IMG/VR virus record: IMGVR_UViG_3300044843_001040
Location: 51,717 to 71,716 of that record
Source: an uncultured virus (IMG/VR IMGVR_UViG_3300044843_001040)
Taxonomy: Duplodnaviria > Heunggongvirae > Uroviricota > Caudoviricetes
Direction: 5' to 3' (one strand)
DNA length: 20,000 nucleotides
The first letter of the stretch is position 1. Every line of letters starts with the position of its first letter. Shown in pieces: positions 9,050 through 16,645 of this stretch. The position numbers and the translations under genes are program-made. The notes beneath the pieces were generated by a model, which was not told the DNA's origin, made no database searches, and worked only from the letters and a program-made list of their open reading frames with translations.

Positions 9050-9388
9050 TTAAGTATGGGTAGAATAATCTGGAGAGGTATTAAAATAATGTTCCATTAT
9101 CTCCTCATCTTCATGAGGAAGAATTTCTTCTAAGGGATCTAGATGATATGGTAACTGAAAAGGATCGCACATAACGGGAACTTCTAAAGTAAATTTAGAG
9201 CCATCTACGTTAGTTTTAATGGTTTGAAACAAACCACAGGATAATCCCTCTTTATTTTCTTCATAAGAAGAAAATGGTAACTCTTCTTGAGTAGAAAATT
9301 CATTTTCACTAAAATTTTCAGAAGAATCTTCCTCTACGCAACCCAAGATAAACACAACTAGACCTAGTGAGATTAATTTTTGTAACAT
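9050..9388 (-). CDS. putative acidic lipoprotein
   Basis: MLQKLISLGLVVFILGC lipobox-like signal followed by a Glu-rich region; GGGG SD. Confidence 0.6.
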   Translation of the reverse strand: MLQKLISLGLVVFILGCVEEDSSENFSENEFSTQEELPFSSYEENKEGLSCGLFQTIKTNVDGSKFTLEVPVMCDPFQLPYHLDPLEEILPHEDEEIMEHYFNTSPDYSTHT

Positions 9389-9410
9389 ACAACCCCGTTT
9401 AATTGAAAAT

Positions 9411-9740
9411 TTACCACATTAATAATGTGTGAAAAATAGCTCCTACCACAAAAATAATTGTGGCAAATAGCAAATCATAAAATAATTTAAAAAACAAATA
9501 GGAAGAAGTGGCTTGTTTAGCTGCTAATTGAATAACCACAGAAGTTTGATTAAACAAATCAACTACCTCTTTAGTTTTAAAGAGCTGCAATAAAAGCAAC
9601 ACTCCAATAAAATGAGCAGGCCCTAATAAGGGAAAGTTAGTAAATTGTTTAACAACAAACCATTTCCAAAATATGGAAATATAAAATGCTCTCAACACAA
9701 AATTAAACAAATACCAAACTACATAAAGGGCATACATCAT
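9411..9740 (-). CDS. membrane protein (about 3 TM)
   Basis: Hydrophobic 109-aa ORF directly downstream of tripartite element 1. Confidence 0.7.
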   Translation of the reverse strand: MMYALYVVWYLFNFVLRAFYISIFWKWFVVKQFTNFPLLGPAHFIGVLLLLQLFKTKEVVDLFNQTSVVIQLAAKQATSSYLFFKLFYDLLFATIIFVVGAIFHTLLMW

Positions 9741-9757
9741 AACTATTCTTTCTGAGT

Positions 9758-9825
9758 GCCCTCACTATCTAGGGCGTGAGAATAAAATTTAGTCGCTGGG
9801 AGCTGGCCGTGGCACGAAAATTGCA
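9758..9825. promoter_or_regulatory. tripartite element copy 1: hairpin, 18-bp box, sigma54-like site
   Basis: GCCCT/AGGGC stem (9758-9775); AAAATTTAGTCGCTGGGA (9784-9801); TGGCACGAAAATTGCA (9810-9825), matching the -24/-12 consensus on +. Confidence 0.75.
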
Positions 9826-9831
9826 TCCGGT

Positions 9832-10653
9832 TCAATCGGAATTCGCAATCATACTTTTAATTCTAGTGATAGAAGATCGATAATCACTTCCAAATAAGAA
9901 AACAGATTTGAATAATTCTTCTAGATGTGCAAAAGAAAAACCAGCAGTATCTTTGACCCATTGGTCTAAGTTTTCAATTTTAGATTTCCCTAACAGTAAT
10001 TTTTGCAAATATTCTTTTCTAATTTTTGCTTGAGGAGGCTTAACTTCTAAAACTAGATCGAATCTATTGGGTCTATTTTTAATGTTATTTTGTAAATCTT
10101 TAATGTAATTAGTAGTTCCAAGATATACTGTAGAGTGTGAAAATTTTTCTAAACCATCTAACATGTTTAGAAAATCTGATTCATCAATACTATCTAGTAT
10201 ATAATTTAAATCTTCTAATAGAACAATGATCGGTTTATCCGGATAAATTTCTCTAAATTTAGAGAGACACTCTTTATAAACGTCGATGTTAGTATTAAAC
10301 TTAATTACGACGCCATCTTTAGAAGTGACATTAGATGTCAACAAAGAGATAATAGATGACTTACCACATCCGGGCGGTCCATACATTAAGATTCCTCTCT
10401 TAAATGGCATTTGATATGCTGCGTACTTATCTTTCAGGGTCCAAAATTTTTGGATGTCTTTAATGATAAAGTCACTCGTATCATCTTGAAAAGCAAAGAT
10501 TCTTCTTTGCTCAATATCTAATTTTTTAAAATAAAACCCATATTGACGGTCATAACAGGTTTCGTACAAACCTGGAGGAAAAACATCAGTACATTTACTG
10601 AGGTCAATCGGAACAAATATCTCGGGACTTGGGCAGGAAAAACCTTGTTTCAT
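9832..10653 (-). CDS. AAA+ ATPase (classical clade, BCS1/Cdc48-like single domain)
   Basis: Walker A GILMYGPPGCGKS, Walker B IVLLED, FLNMLDG, sensor TTNY, arginine finger RPNRFD. Confidence 0.9.
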   Translation of the reverse strand: MKQGFSCPSPEIFVPIDLSKCTDVFPPGLYETCYDRQYGFYFKKLDIEQRRIFAFQDDTSDFIIKDIQKFWTLKDKYAAYQMPFKRGILMYGPPGCGKSSIISLLTSNVTSKDGVVIKFNTNIDVYKECLSKFREIYPDKPIIVLLEDLNYILDSIDESDFLNMLDGLEKFSHSTVYLGTTNYIKDLQNNIKNRPNRFDLVLEVKPPQAKIRKEYLQKLLLGKSKIENLDQWVKDTAGFSFAHLEELFKSVFLFGSDYRSSITRIKSMIANSD

Positions 10654-10679
10654 ACGTACCTTTCAATTTCTTGCATACT

Positions 10680-10928
10680 TTACCATAAAGTTTTTAATTT
10701 AAGTATTCGCCAATATTCTTCTTCTGTATATTGTTTATTTTGAAGATACCACTCTTTATATCCATCAGCATATTCTACCGCTGGCCCATCTTCTCGATGT
10801 AAGAGATCATGAAGATACCACCATTTATTTCCATTAGAAAATTCTATCGCTGGACCGTCTTCTCGATGATATCGATCATTCCAATAATAAAATTTATTTC
10901 CATTTTTGTCTATATTAATTCCGTGCAT
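10680..10928 (-). CDS. HREDGPA-repeat protein, 2 repeats
   Basis: 20-aa cap + 2 x 23 + 16-aa cap YTEEEYWRILKLKTLW. Confidence 0.85.
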   Translation of the reverse strand: MHGINIDKNGNKFYYWNDRYHREDGPAIEFSNGNKWWYLHDLLHREDGPAVEYADGYKEWYLQNKQYTEEEYWRILKLKTLW

Positions 10929-10932
10929 TACT

Positions 10933-11319
10933 TTACCATAAAGCTTTTAATTTAACCATTCGCCAATACTTTTTTTCTGTGTATCTCTTATTTTTAAGAT
11001 GCCAAAATTTAGTACCATCAACATATTCTACTGCCGGACCATCTTCTCGATGGAGTTGATTATGAAGCAACCATTCTTTAGATCCATTACTCCACTCTAC
11101 GGCTGGACCATCTTCTCGATGTAGTTGATCATGACGATACCAATATTTATCTCCATTAACATACTCTACAGCCGGACCATCTTCTCGATGTCGTTGACCA
11201 TGAAGATACCAATATTTATTTCCATCATACCATTCGATAGCTGGTCCATCTTCTCGATGGAGTTGGCCATTCCAATAGTATCTTTTAGTCCCACGTTCAT
11301 CTATTTTAATTTCTTGCAT
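10933..11319 (-). CDS. HREDGPA-repeat protein, 4 repeats
   Basis: MQEI cap + 4 x 23 + KLKALW cap. Confidence 0.85.
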   Translation of the reverse strand: MQEIKIDERGTKRYYWNGQLHREDGPAIEWYDGNKYWYLHGQRHREDGPAVEYVNGDKYWYRHDQLHREDGPAVEWSNGSKEWLLHNQLHREDGPAVEYVDGTKFWHLKNKRYTEKKYWRMVKLKALW

Positions 11320-11322
11320 ACT

Positions 11323-11571
11323 TCACCATAATGCTTTTAATTTAACTAATCTCCAATACTCTTCTTCTGAATATGATTCACCTTGAAGATACCATTTTTT
11401 AAATCCATTAACATAATCTATGGCCGGACCACCTTCTCGATGCCGTTGACCATGATGATACCATTGTTTATATCCATTAATATATTTTATTGCTGGTCCA
11501 TCTTCTCGATGGAGTTTATTACTCCAAAAATATCTTTTAGTGCCAAATTTATCTATCGTAATTTCTTGCAT
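11323..11571 (-). CDS. HREDGPA-repeat protein, 2 repeats
   Basis: MQEI cap + 2 x 23 + KLKALW cap. Confidence 0.85.
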   Translation of the reverse strand: MQEITIDKFGTKRYFWSNKLHREDGPAIKYINGYKQWYHHGQRHREGGPAIDYVNGFKKWYLQGESYSEEEYWRLVKLKALW

Positions 11572-11574
11572 ATT

Positions 11575-11892
11575 TTACCACAAAGCTTTTAGCTTAACTA
11601 AACGCCAATATTTTTCTTCTGTATATTTTTTACCGTGAAGGAACCACTCTTTATCTCCATTAGCATATTCTGCGGCCGGACCATCTTCTCGATGAAATTG
11701 ATCATGCAAATACCAGAATTTGTCTCCATTAGAATATTCTAATGCCGGGCCATCTTCTCGATGATATTGACCATTAAGACACCACTCTTTAGATCCATTA
11801 GCATATTCTATCGCAGGACCATCTTCTCGATGTAATTGGTTATTCCAATAATATCTTTTAGTCCCGTGTTCATCTATTGTAATTTCTTGCAT
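11575..11892 (-). CDS. HREDGPA-repeat protein, 3 repeats
   Basis: MQEI cap + 3 x 23 + KLKALW cap. Confidence 0.85.
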   Translation of the reverse strand: MQEITIDEHGTKRYYWNNQLHREDGPAIEYANGSKEWCLNGQYHREDGPALEYSNGDKFWYLHDQFHREDGPAAEYANGDKEWFLHGKKYTEEKYWRLVKLKALW

Positions 11893-11895
11893 ACT

Positions 11896-12282
11896 TTACC
11901 ATAATGCTTTTAGCTTGACTAATCTCCAATATTCTTCTTCGGAATATCTTTTGCCTTGAAGGCACCAATATTTAGTACCATTAGCATCTTCTACGGCTGG
12001 TCCATCTTCTCGATGTAGATCGCCATGATGATACCATTCTTTATATCCACTAACATATTCTAGAGCAGGCCCATCTTCTCGATGTCTTTTACCATTAACA
12101 TACCAAGCTTTATATTTATTAATATATTCTATTGCTGGCCCAGCTTCTCGATGCCAACGATCATAAAGCCTCCATTCGTTACTGCCATTAGTAAATTCTA
12201 TGGCGGGTCCAGCTTCTCGATGAAGCTGACCGTTCCAATAATAAAATTTAGTACCATATTTATTTATCTTAATTTCTTGCAT
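11896..12282 (-). CDS. HREDGPA-repeat protein, 4 repeats
   Basis: MQEI cap + 4 x 23 + KLKALW cap. Confidence 0.85.
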   Translation of the reverse strand: MQEIKINKYGTKFYYWNGQLHREAGPAIEFTNGSNEWRLYDRWHREAGPAIEYINKYKAWYVNGKRHREDGPALEYVSGYKEWYHHGDLHREDGPAVEDANGTKYWCLQGKRYSEEEYWRLVKLKALW

Positions 12283-12285
12283 ATT

Positions 12286-12609
12286 TTACCATAAAGCTTT
12301 TAATTTAACCACTCGCCAATACTCTTCTTCTGAATATTCTTTACCTTGAAGGTAATATTCTCGGTATCCATTAATAAATTCTAATGCCGGGCCATCTTCT
12401 CGATGGCGTCGACCATGAAGATACCATGATTTACCTCCATCAAAATATTCTATCGCTGGACCATCTAGTCGATGGAGTTTGTCGTGAATATACCACTCTT
12501 TAGTTCCGCTAACAAATTCTACGGCCGGACCATCTTCTCGATGAAGACAAAGGTCCCAAAAATAATATTTATTTCCATATTTATCAGATTTTATCTTTTG
12601 CATGATCAT
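12286..12609 (-). CDS. HREDGPA-repeat protein, 3 repeats (likely start MQKI at 12603)
   Basis: Starting at 12603 gives 105 aa, matching the cap + 3 x 23 + cap rule. Confidence 0.85.
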   Translation of the reverse strand: MIMQKIKSDKYGNKYYFWDLCLHREDGPAVEFVSGTKEWYIHDKLHRLDGPAIEYFDGGKSWYLHGRRHREDGPALEFINGYREYYLQGKEYSEEEYWRVVKLKALW

Positions 12610-12859
12610 TTTATGCTGGCACTGGGATTAAATCTTGACTAGCCTTAAGAACAATTTATAAACAGTCATCCTGAAATTATACATATTTTTAAAGTTTAAA
12701 ACCTAGCTGTGACGCTTCCACTAGCCGCGTTTGTGTTAAATATATTTATAGCTTTAGACACGTTAAAAGATTTTAATATACGAAGTGTCTCTCGACAAAT
12801 GATCGGGGGATCTAATAGGGGGAAGTGTTGCTGTACTACTTAACCTAATTTTTAGTAAT

Positions 12860-13558
12860 TTAGATAAAGGTAAGTAATAGAAATAGTAGTAGGTAGTAAA
12901 TAAATAACCAAGCTAGTAGTGTTTGAAATATCTCACTTAATGTTAAGGCAACAAATACCTTTTTCTTTTTAAAGATATTAGAGTAATCATCTAATATTCT
13001 TAAGGAAGAAAGCAGAATAATAGCCACCGCTAAGATGACATTAATCTTCCATAAGAAGAATACAATTACTACTGAAGTAAAAATTAAATGATAAAATCCT
13101 AAACGTTTATCAATAGAGCTTCCAATACAATTAAAAACTTGTCCGCCATCTAAAAATGCTAGCGGAAGCATATTAAATATATTTAATATGCTCATTAAAA
13201 CTACCGTTTCTTTCAGAATTAAAAGGCCGGTTAACTGATATAGAACGGCTGTCAATGCCGCAAATAAACTTCCACCCAAGGGACCGGCTAAAGACACAAT
13301 GACATTATGTTTATGACTTTTATAAGTTCCTCCAATAAAAGCCAAGCCTCCAATAAAAGGTAACAAGATAAAACCATGAGTTTTCATTCCCAATCTTTGG
13401 GCCGCCCAAAGATGACTCATCTCATGTAAAGAGATACTTACTACTAAAAGTATACCTAGTTTCCAACCCAGAAATATACTATAAATTAGTAGAGTAAATA
13501 GAACGCACAAGCTCTGTATTAAATACCTATTAAAATTTTTTTCTTTAATTTTTACCAT
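12860..13558 (-). CDS. site-2 intramembrane metalloprotease (peptidase M50, SpoIVFB-like)
   Basis: HEMSH zinc motif, VSLAGP, NMLPLAFLDGG (NxxPxxxLDG); multiple TM segments. Confidence 0.92.
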   Translation of the reverse strand: MVKIKEKNFNRYLIQSLCVLFTLLIYSIFLGWKLGILLVVSISLHEMSHLWAAQRLGMKTHGFILLPFIGGLAFIGGTYKSHKHNVIVSLAGPLGGSLFAALTAVLYQLTGLLILKETVVLMSILNIFNMLPLAFLDGGQVFNCIGSSIDKRLGFYHLIFTSVVIVFFLWKINVILAVAIILLSSLRILDDYSNIFKKKKVFVALTLSEIFQTLLAWLFIYYLLLFLLLTFI

Positions 13559-13863
13559 AAAGTTTTTAATTTAACCGTCCGCCAATATTCTTCTTCTGTA
13601 TATTGTTTACCTTGAAGGTACCACCATTTCTCTCCATTAGCGTTTTCTATCGCTGGACCATCTTCTCGATGCAATCGATCATGCAAATACCAGTTTTTAC
13701 TTCCATTAGCATATATTACTGTAGGTCCATCTTCTCGATGAAGCTGACCATGAAGACACCAATGTTTTTCTCCATTGCTAAATTCTACGGCCGGGCCATC
13801 TTCTCGATGTAATTCTCCATTTACTAAATATCTTTTAATACCAAATTCATCATACTTTACCAT
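13552..13863 (-). CDS. HREDGPA-repeat protein, 3 repeats
   Basis: 3 units + YTEEEYWRTVKLKTLW. Confidence 0.85.
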   Translation of the reverse strand: MVKYDEFGIKRYLVNGELHREDGPAVEFSNGEKHWCLHGQLHREDGPTVIYANGSKNWYLHDRLHREDGPAIENANGEKWWYLQGKQYTEEEYWRTVKLKTLW

Positions 13864-14318
13864 AAAGCTTGTAACTTAAGCATTCGCCAATATTCTTCTT
13901 CGGTATATTCTTTATCTTCAAGATACCAGCGTTTTCCTTCAACAGGATATTCTATATCTTTATAATCTGTCAAACCTGACATTAAAAAGTACCATACCTG
14001 ATAAGAATTAGAATTATTACTCCACTCTACTGCTGGCCCATCTGTTCGATGTAACTTATTATAAAGATAATATCTGGTATGATCTTTATATTCAGTAGCA
14101 GGGCCATCTGCTCGATGGCATTCGCCATGAAGAAACCAATGTTTACTTTCATTAACACGCTCTATGGCTGGGCCATCTTCTCGATGGAGAAGATCGTTTA
14201 AATACCACAACTTATCTCCATTTGTATTTATAATAGCCGGTCCATCTTCTCGATGAAGCTGCCCATTCAACATATATTTTTTAGTTTTATTAGAGGTTAA
14301 GATATAAGTCGGCTTCAT
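13857..14318 (-). CDS. HREDGPA-repeat protein, 4 repeats with an insertion in the last
   Basis: HREDGPA twice, HRADGPA, HRTDGPA + insert + YTEEEYWRMLKLQALW. Confidence 0.85.
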   Translation of the reverse strand: MKPTYILTSNKTKKYMLNGQLHREDGPAIINTNGDKLWYLNDLLHREDGPAIERVNESKHWFLHGECHRADGPATEYKDHTRYYLYNKLHRTDGPAVEWSNNSNSYQVWYFLMSGLTDYKDIEYPVEGKRWYLEDKEYTEEEYWRMLKLQALW

Positions 14319-14332
14319 TTGTCTTGTAAATT

Positions 14333-14752
14333 CTAAATAAATTGAAGTTTAACTAAACGATTAAATTTATTGACAGAATAAATTCTTTTACCCTGTAAGT
14401 AATAATACACGCGACCACTAATCATTTCAATAGCCGGCCCATCTGTACGATGTAATTCTCCATTACAATACCACTTTTTATTACCTTTTTTATCTATTAA
14501 AGCTGGACCATCAGTCCTATGAAATAGACCATTGAGACGCCATTCTTGATGGCCATCTGGGCGCTCTATAGCAGGACCATCTTCTCGATGAAGAGTACCA
14601 TTTTTATGGTAGATAGAAAATCCATTAGGATATACAGTTCGATAACCAACATTACGGTAATAATATTTCTTAATGCCACAAGAAATTTCTATAATAGAGT
14701 AATCTCCTTCTTCGTGGCATTTAATTTCTTGATTAAGATCAATGATCGTCAT
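14333..14752 (-). CDS. divergent HREDGPA-repeat protein, 3 repeats with N-terminal extension
   Basis: Start moved to MTIID (14752) to avoid deep overlap with the acidic gene; ends RLVKLQFI. Confidence 0.8.
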   Translation of the reverse strand: MTIIDLNQEIKCHEEGDYSIIEISCGIKKYYYRNVGYRTVYPNGFSIYHKNGTLHREDGPAIERPDGHQEWRLNGLFHRTDGPALIDKKGNKKWYCNGELHRTDGPAIEMISGRVYYYLQGKRIYSVNKFNRLVKLQFI

Positions 14753-14969
14753 CAGACTCATCAACAAAATCTTCATCATCCATGGATGAAAAATCAGAAT
14801 CAAAATCATCATCCTCTTCATCTTCAGCAGATAGAAGTTCTACTAACTCTCCATCATCCTCTTCACACAGACCAGTCATAATAATAATTTGACCCCGACT
14901 ATCCTTAGTCGTATGAAAACCTGATGGAAATAACTCTTCTAACGCCTCTTCAAGATCTTCTAAATTCAT
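14739..14969 (-). CDS. small highly acidic protein
   Basis: ATG 14969 with AAGGAG SD; Asp/Glu-rich tail. Confidence 0.75.
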   Translation of the reverse strand: MNLEDLEEALEELFPSGFHTTKDSRGQIIIMTGLCEEDDGELVELLSAEDEEDDDFDSDFSSMDDEDFVDESDDDH

Positions 14970-15017
14970 TTTTTCTCCTTTAAACAAATCAAATATATTT
15001 TAATTAGTATATTTCGT

Positions 15018-15347
15018 TCACTCTGAGAGAGTCTCTTCTGAATTAGTAACATCTACCTTAACATCTGGTGTGGCCGTATCTACCACGGTTTTCGTGGTAG
15101 GTAACTTACATAAACCGCCATGAGCCCCACGCTTAATCTCAATACCAGGAAAATCCTTAAAGAGGAACAAAAGAGTAGGATACAATTGAGGTCCTGTCAT
15201 ACCAATTTCTTTGCCGAGTTCCTTAGCTAACTCAGTTGCGGGAACTTTCTCTCCGGGTCGAAGGCTATCAATTTTAGCAGCCGCCTTCTCAAAAATGGGA
15301 CGAAGACGCTGATTCAGAACTAACTCGATGTGTTGCTTGCTATCCAT
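15018..15347 (-). CDS. winged helix-turn-helix DNA-binding protein (GntR/Rrf2-like features)
   Basis: LRPGEKVPATELAKELG...MTGPQLYPTLLFL (GntR-like HTH) followed by IEIKRGAHGGLCKL (Rrf2-like wing); GGAG SD. Confidence 0.7.
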   Translation of the reverse strand: MDSKQHIELVLNQRLRPIFEKAAAKIDSLRPGEKVPATELAKELGKEIGMTGPQLYPTLLFLFKDFPGIEIKRGAHGGLCKLPTTKTVVDTATPDVKVDVTNSEETLSE

Positions 15348-15376
15348 AATTTTAAATTCTCCAATTAAAAGGTAAT

Positions 15377-15412
15377 AAAAAGACCAACCAACTTATCTCT
15401 CGTTGGTTGGTC
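15377..15412 (-). terminator. intrinsic terminator-like hairpin
   Basis: Perfect 11-bp stem GACCAACCAAC/GTTGGTTGGTC, 9-nt loop, followed by TTTTTATT on the minus strand. Confidence 0.65.
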
Positions 15413-15480
15413 GCAGTACTAGGTGGTGTTAAAAAAATTTAGTCGCTGGGAACACCTACCCAGCTGGCACGAGGCTTGCA
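15382..15480. promoter_or_regulatory. tripartite element copy 2
   Basis: Hairpin 15382-15412; box AAAATTTAGTCGCTGGGA 15434-15451; TGGCACGAGGCTTGCA 15465-15480 (sigma54 consensus on +). Confidence 0.75.
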
Positions 15481-15499
15481 AGCCGCCAGTAAAAACTAG

Positions 15500-15823
15500 T
15501 CAAACACTATTCTGATGCAACCATAATTGAGCTGCCTTTTTAGCTCGAGAAGGCGACTTGATATTATTGCTAATATCACTCATAACTAGCTTGGTCACAT
15601 CATGCATACTATACTTAAGTACCGCTGGAATAGTAACACTAAAGGGCCTTTCTACTAAACGACCCAAAGCTAAATGGCGAGCCATCTTACGGTCAAACTT
15701 ATCGTTTGGATTCAAAACTGACAACTGATAACTCAGTTGGCTAGTCTGAAAATCAAAATTAATAGCTACACATCCTACAGGATGATTCTTAGTATCTCGC
15801 AAAAACATAATTCGGTTTGTCAT
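15500..15823 (-). CDS. hypothetical protein
   Basis: 107 aa; NPNDKFDRKMARHLALGRL resembles a pattern I recall from phage hypothetical proteins (unverified). Confidence 0.7.
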   Translation of the reverse strand: MTNRIMFLRDTKNHPVGCVAINFDFQTSQLSYQLSVLNPNDKFDRKMARHLALGRLVERPFSVTIPAVLKYSMHDVTKLVMSDISNNIKSPSRAKKAAQLWLHQNSV

Positions 15824-15870
15824 ATTTTTTATCTTTCTATCAAGGTTAATTATTAATTGTTAAGTTAATT

Positions 15871-16308
15871 TTAATAGCATACAGCAGAATGCTGCCATCC
15901 ATAATCATCTTCGCTACCATAAGTGCCCGTGACACTTTCTAAGAAGTCTGAATCCAGATCAGGATATTTTTTTGATCTGGATTTAGGATTATAATTTTGA
16001 CTAATAAAAGAAATATTTGTAGAAAATGGGATGCCATATTTTTCTGAAATATTTACGGCCGCATCTAATTCCCGACAAGCATTTTCTAAATGCTCATCAA
16101 TTTCTTTTAATCTCTTCATAGCTTCTAGTCTAAATTCTCTCTCGAAAAGAGAGTCTCTATTAGAGAGACGATAGTAGTCCTCTTCAGAGGAAGAGCCATC
16201 AGTCCATGATACTAAAAATTTTTCTCCTACTAATTCGGTTACTTGACCATCCATAATAGAATTATCTTTTATTTTTTGTACTAAATCTCCAACTTTAAAT
16301 TTTTTCAT
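15871..16308 (-). CDS. hypothetical protein with N-terminal KOW/SH3-like segment
   Basis: Start moved to MKKFKVGDLV (16308); ends GWQHSAVCY. Confidence 0.7.
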   Translation of the reverse strand: MKKFKVGDLVQKIKDNSIMDGQVTELVGEKFLVSWTDGSSSEEDYYRLSNRDSLFEREFRLEAMKRLKEIDEHLENACRELDAAVNISEKYGIPFSTNISFISQNYNPKSRSKKYPDLDSDFLESVTGTYGSEDDYGWQHSAVCY

Positions 16309-16327
16309 AATCTTATTGACGTTACTC

Positions 16328-16645
16328 CTATGATTGAGCCCGGTCTTCAATCTCTTCCAATAAAGATTGAACTTCAGGCTCTGTTAATTTATCTAACCAA
16401 TCTTCTCCATTTTCATTTTCAACCGAAAGAATTTCGGTATCTGATTCACTAGGATAACAATATTCTGGTGGACCATAATATTGTCCAGGATGATAGTATG
16501 ATCTGCCTTCAACTTTTAATTTGATAGTTTTAAACTCAACATCTTCTGACTCTTCTAAAGAATTAGAAAATACTTGAGTTTTTGGATCGAATAATCTTTC
16601 TAATTCAAATTCAAAAAATACTGTTTCGTTATACGGATCACTCAT
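16328..16645 (-). CDS. acidic hypothetical protein
   Basis: ATG 16645 overlaps the upstream stop (ATGA); YGPPEYCYPSE motif. Confidence 0.7.
   Translation of the reverse strand: MSDPYNETVFFEFELERLFDPKTQVFSNSLEESEDVEFKTIKLKVEGRSYYHPGQYYGPPEYCYPSESDTEILSVENENGEDWLDKLTEPEVQSLLEEIEDRAQS

Larger units (their letters stand above)
10680..14752 (-). repeat. imperfect 69-bp coding tandem repeat, about 28 units across nine genes
   Basis: Core CCATCTTCTCGATG (+ strand) or close variants recurs with 69-bp periodicity within genes; gene ends share TTACCATAAAGCTTTTAATTT-like sequence. Confidence 0.9.

Noticed and set aside
10680..12609. CRISPR array suggested by the periodic CCATCTTCTCGATG
   Set aside because: Units are in-frame coding repeats with homologous intervening sequence, and there are no cas genes.
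12743..12750. T4-type late promoter TATAAATA on the minus strand
   Set aside because: Single occurrence noticed in very AT-rich sequence, with no late genes nearby.
10680..14752. Diversity-generating retroelement (TR/VR) as the source of repeat variation
   Set aside because: No reverse transcriptase in the window and no non-coding template copy. In the units I compared, differences include synonymous and non-adenine changes rather than A-specific substitutions.
2043..14881. Plus-strand ORFs 2043, 2614, 10543, 11125, 11383, 12082, 13603 and 14546
   Set aside because: Antisense shadows of well-supported minus-strand genes; similarity among several of them simply mirrors the repeat array.
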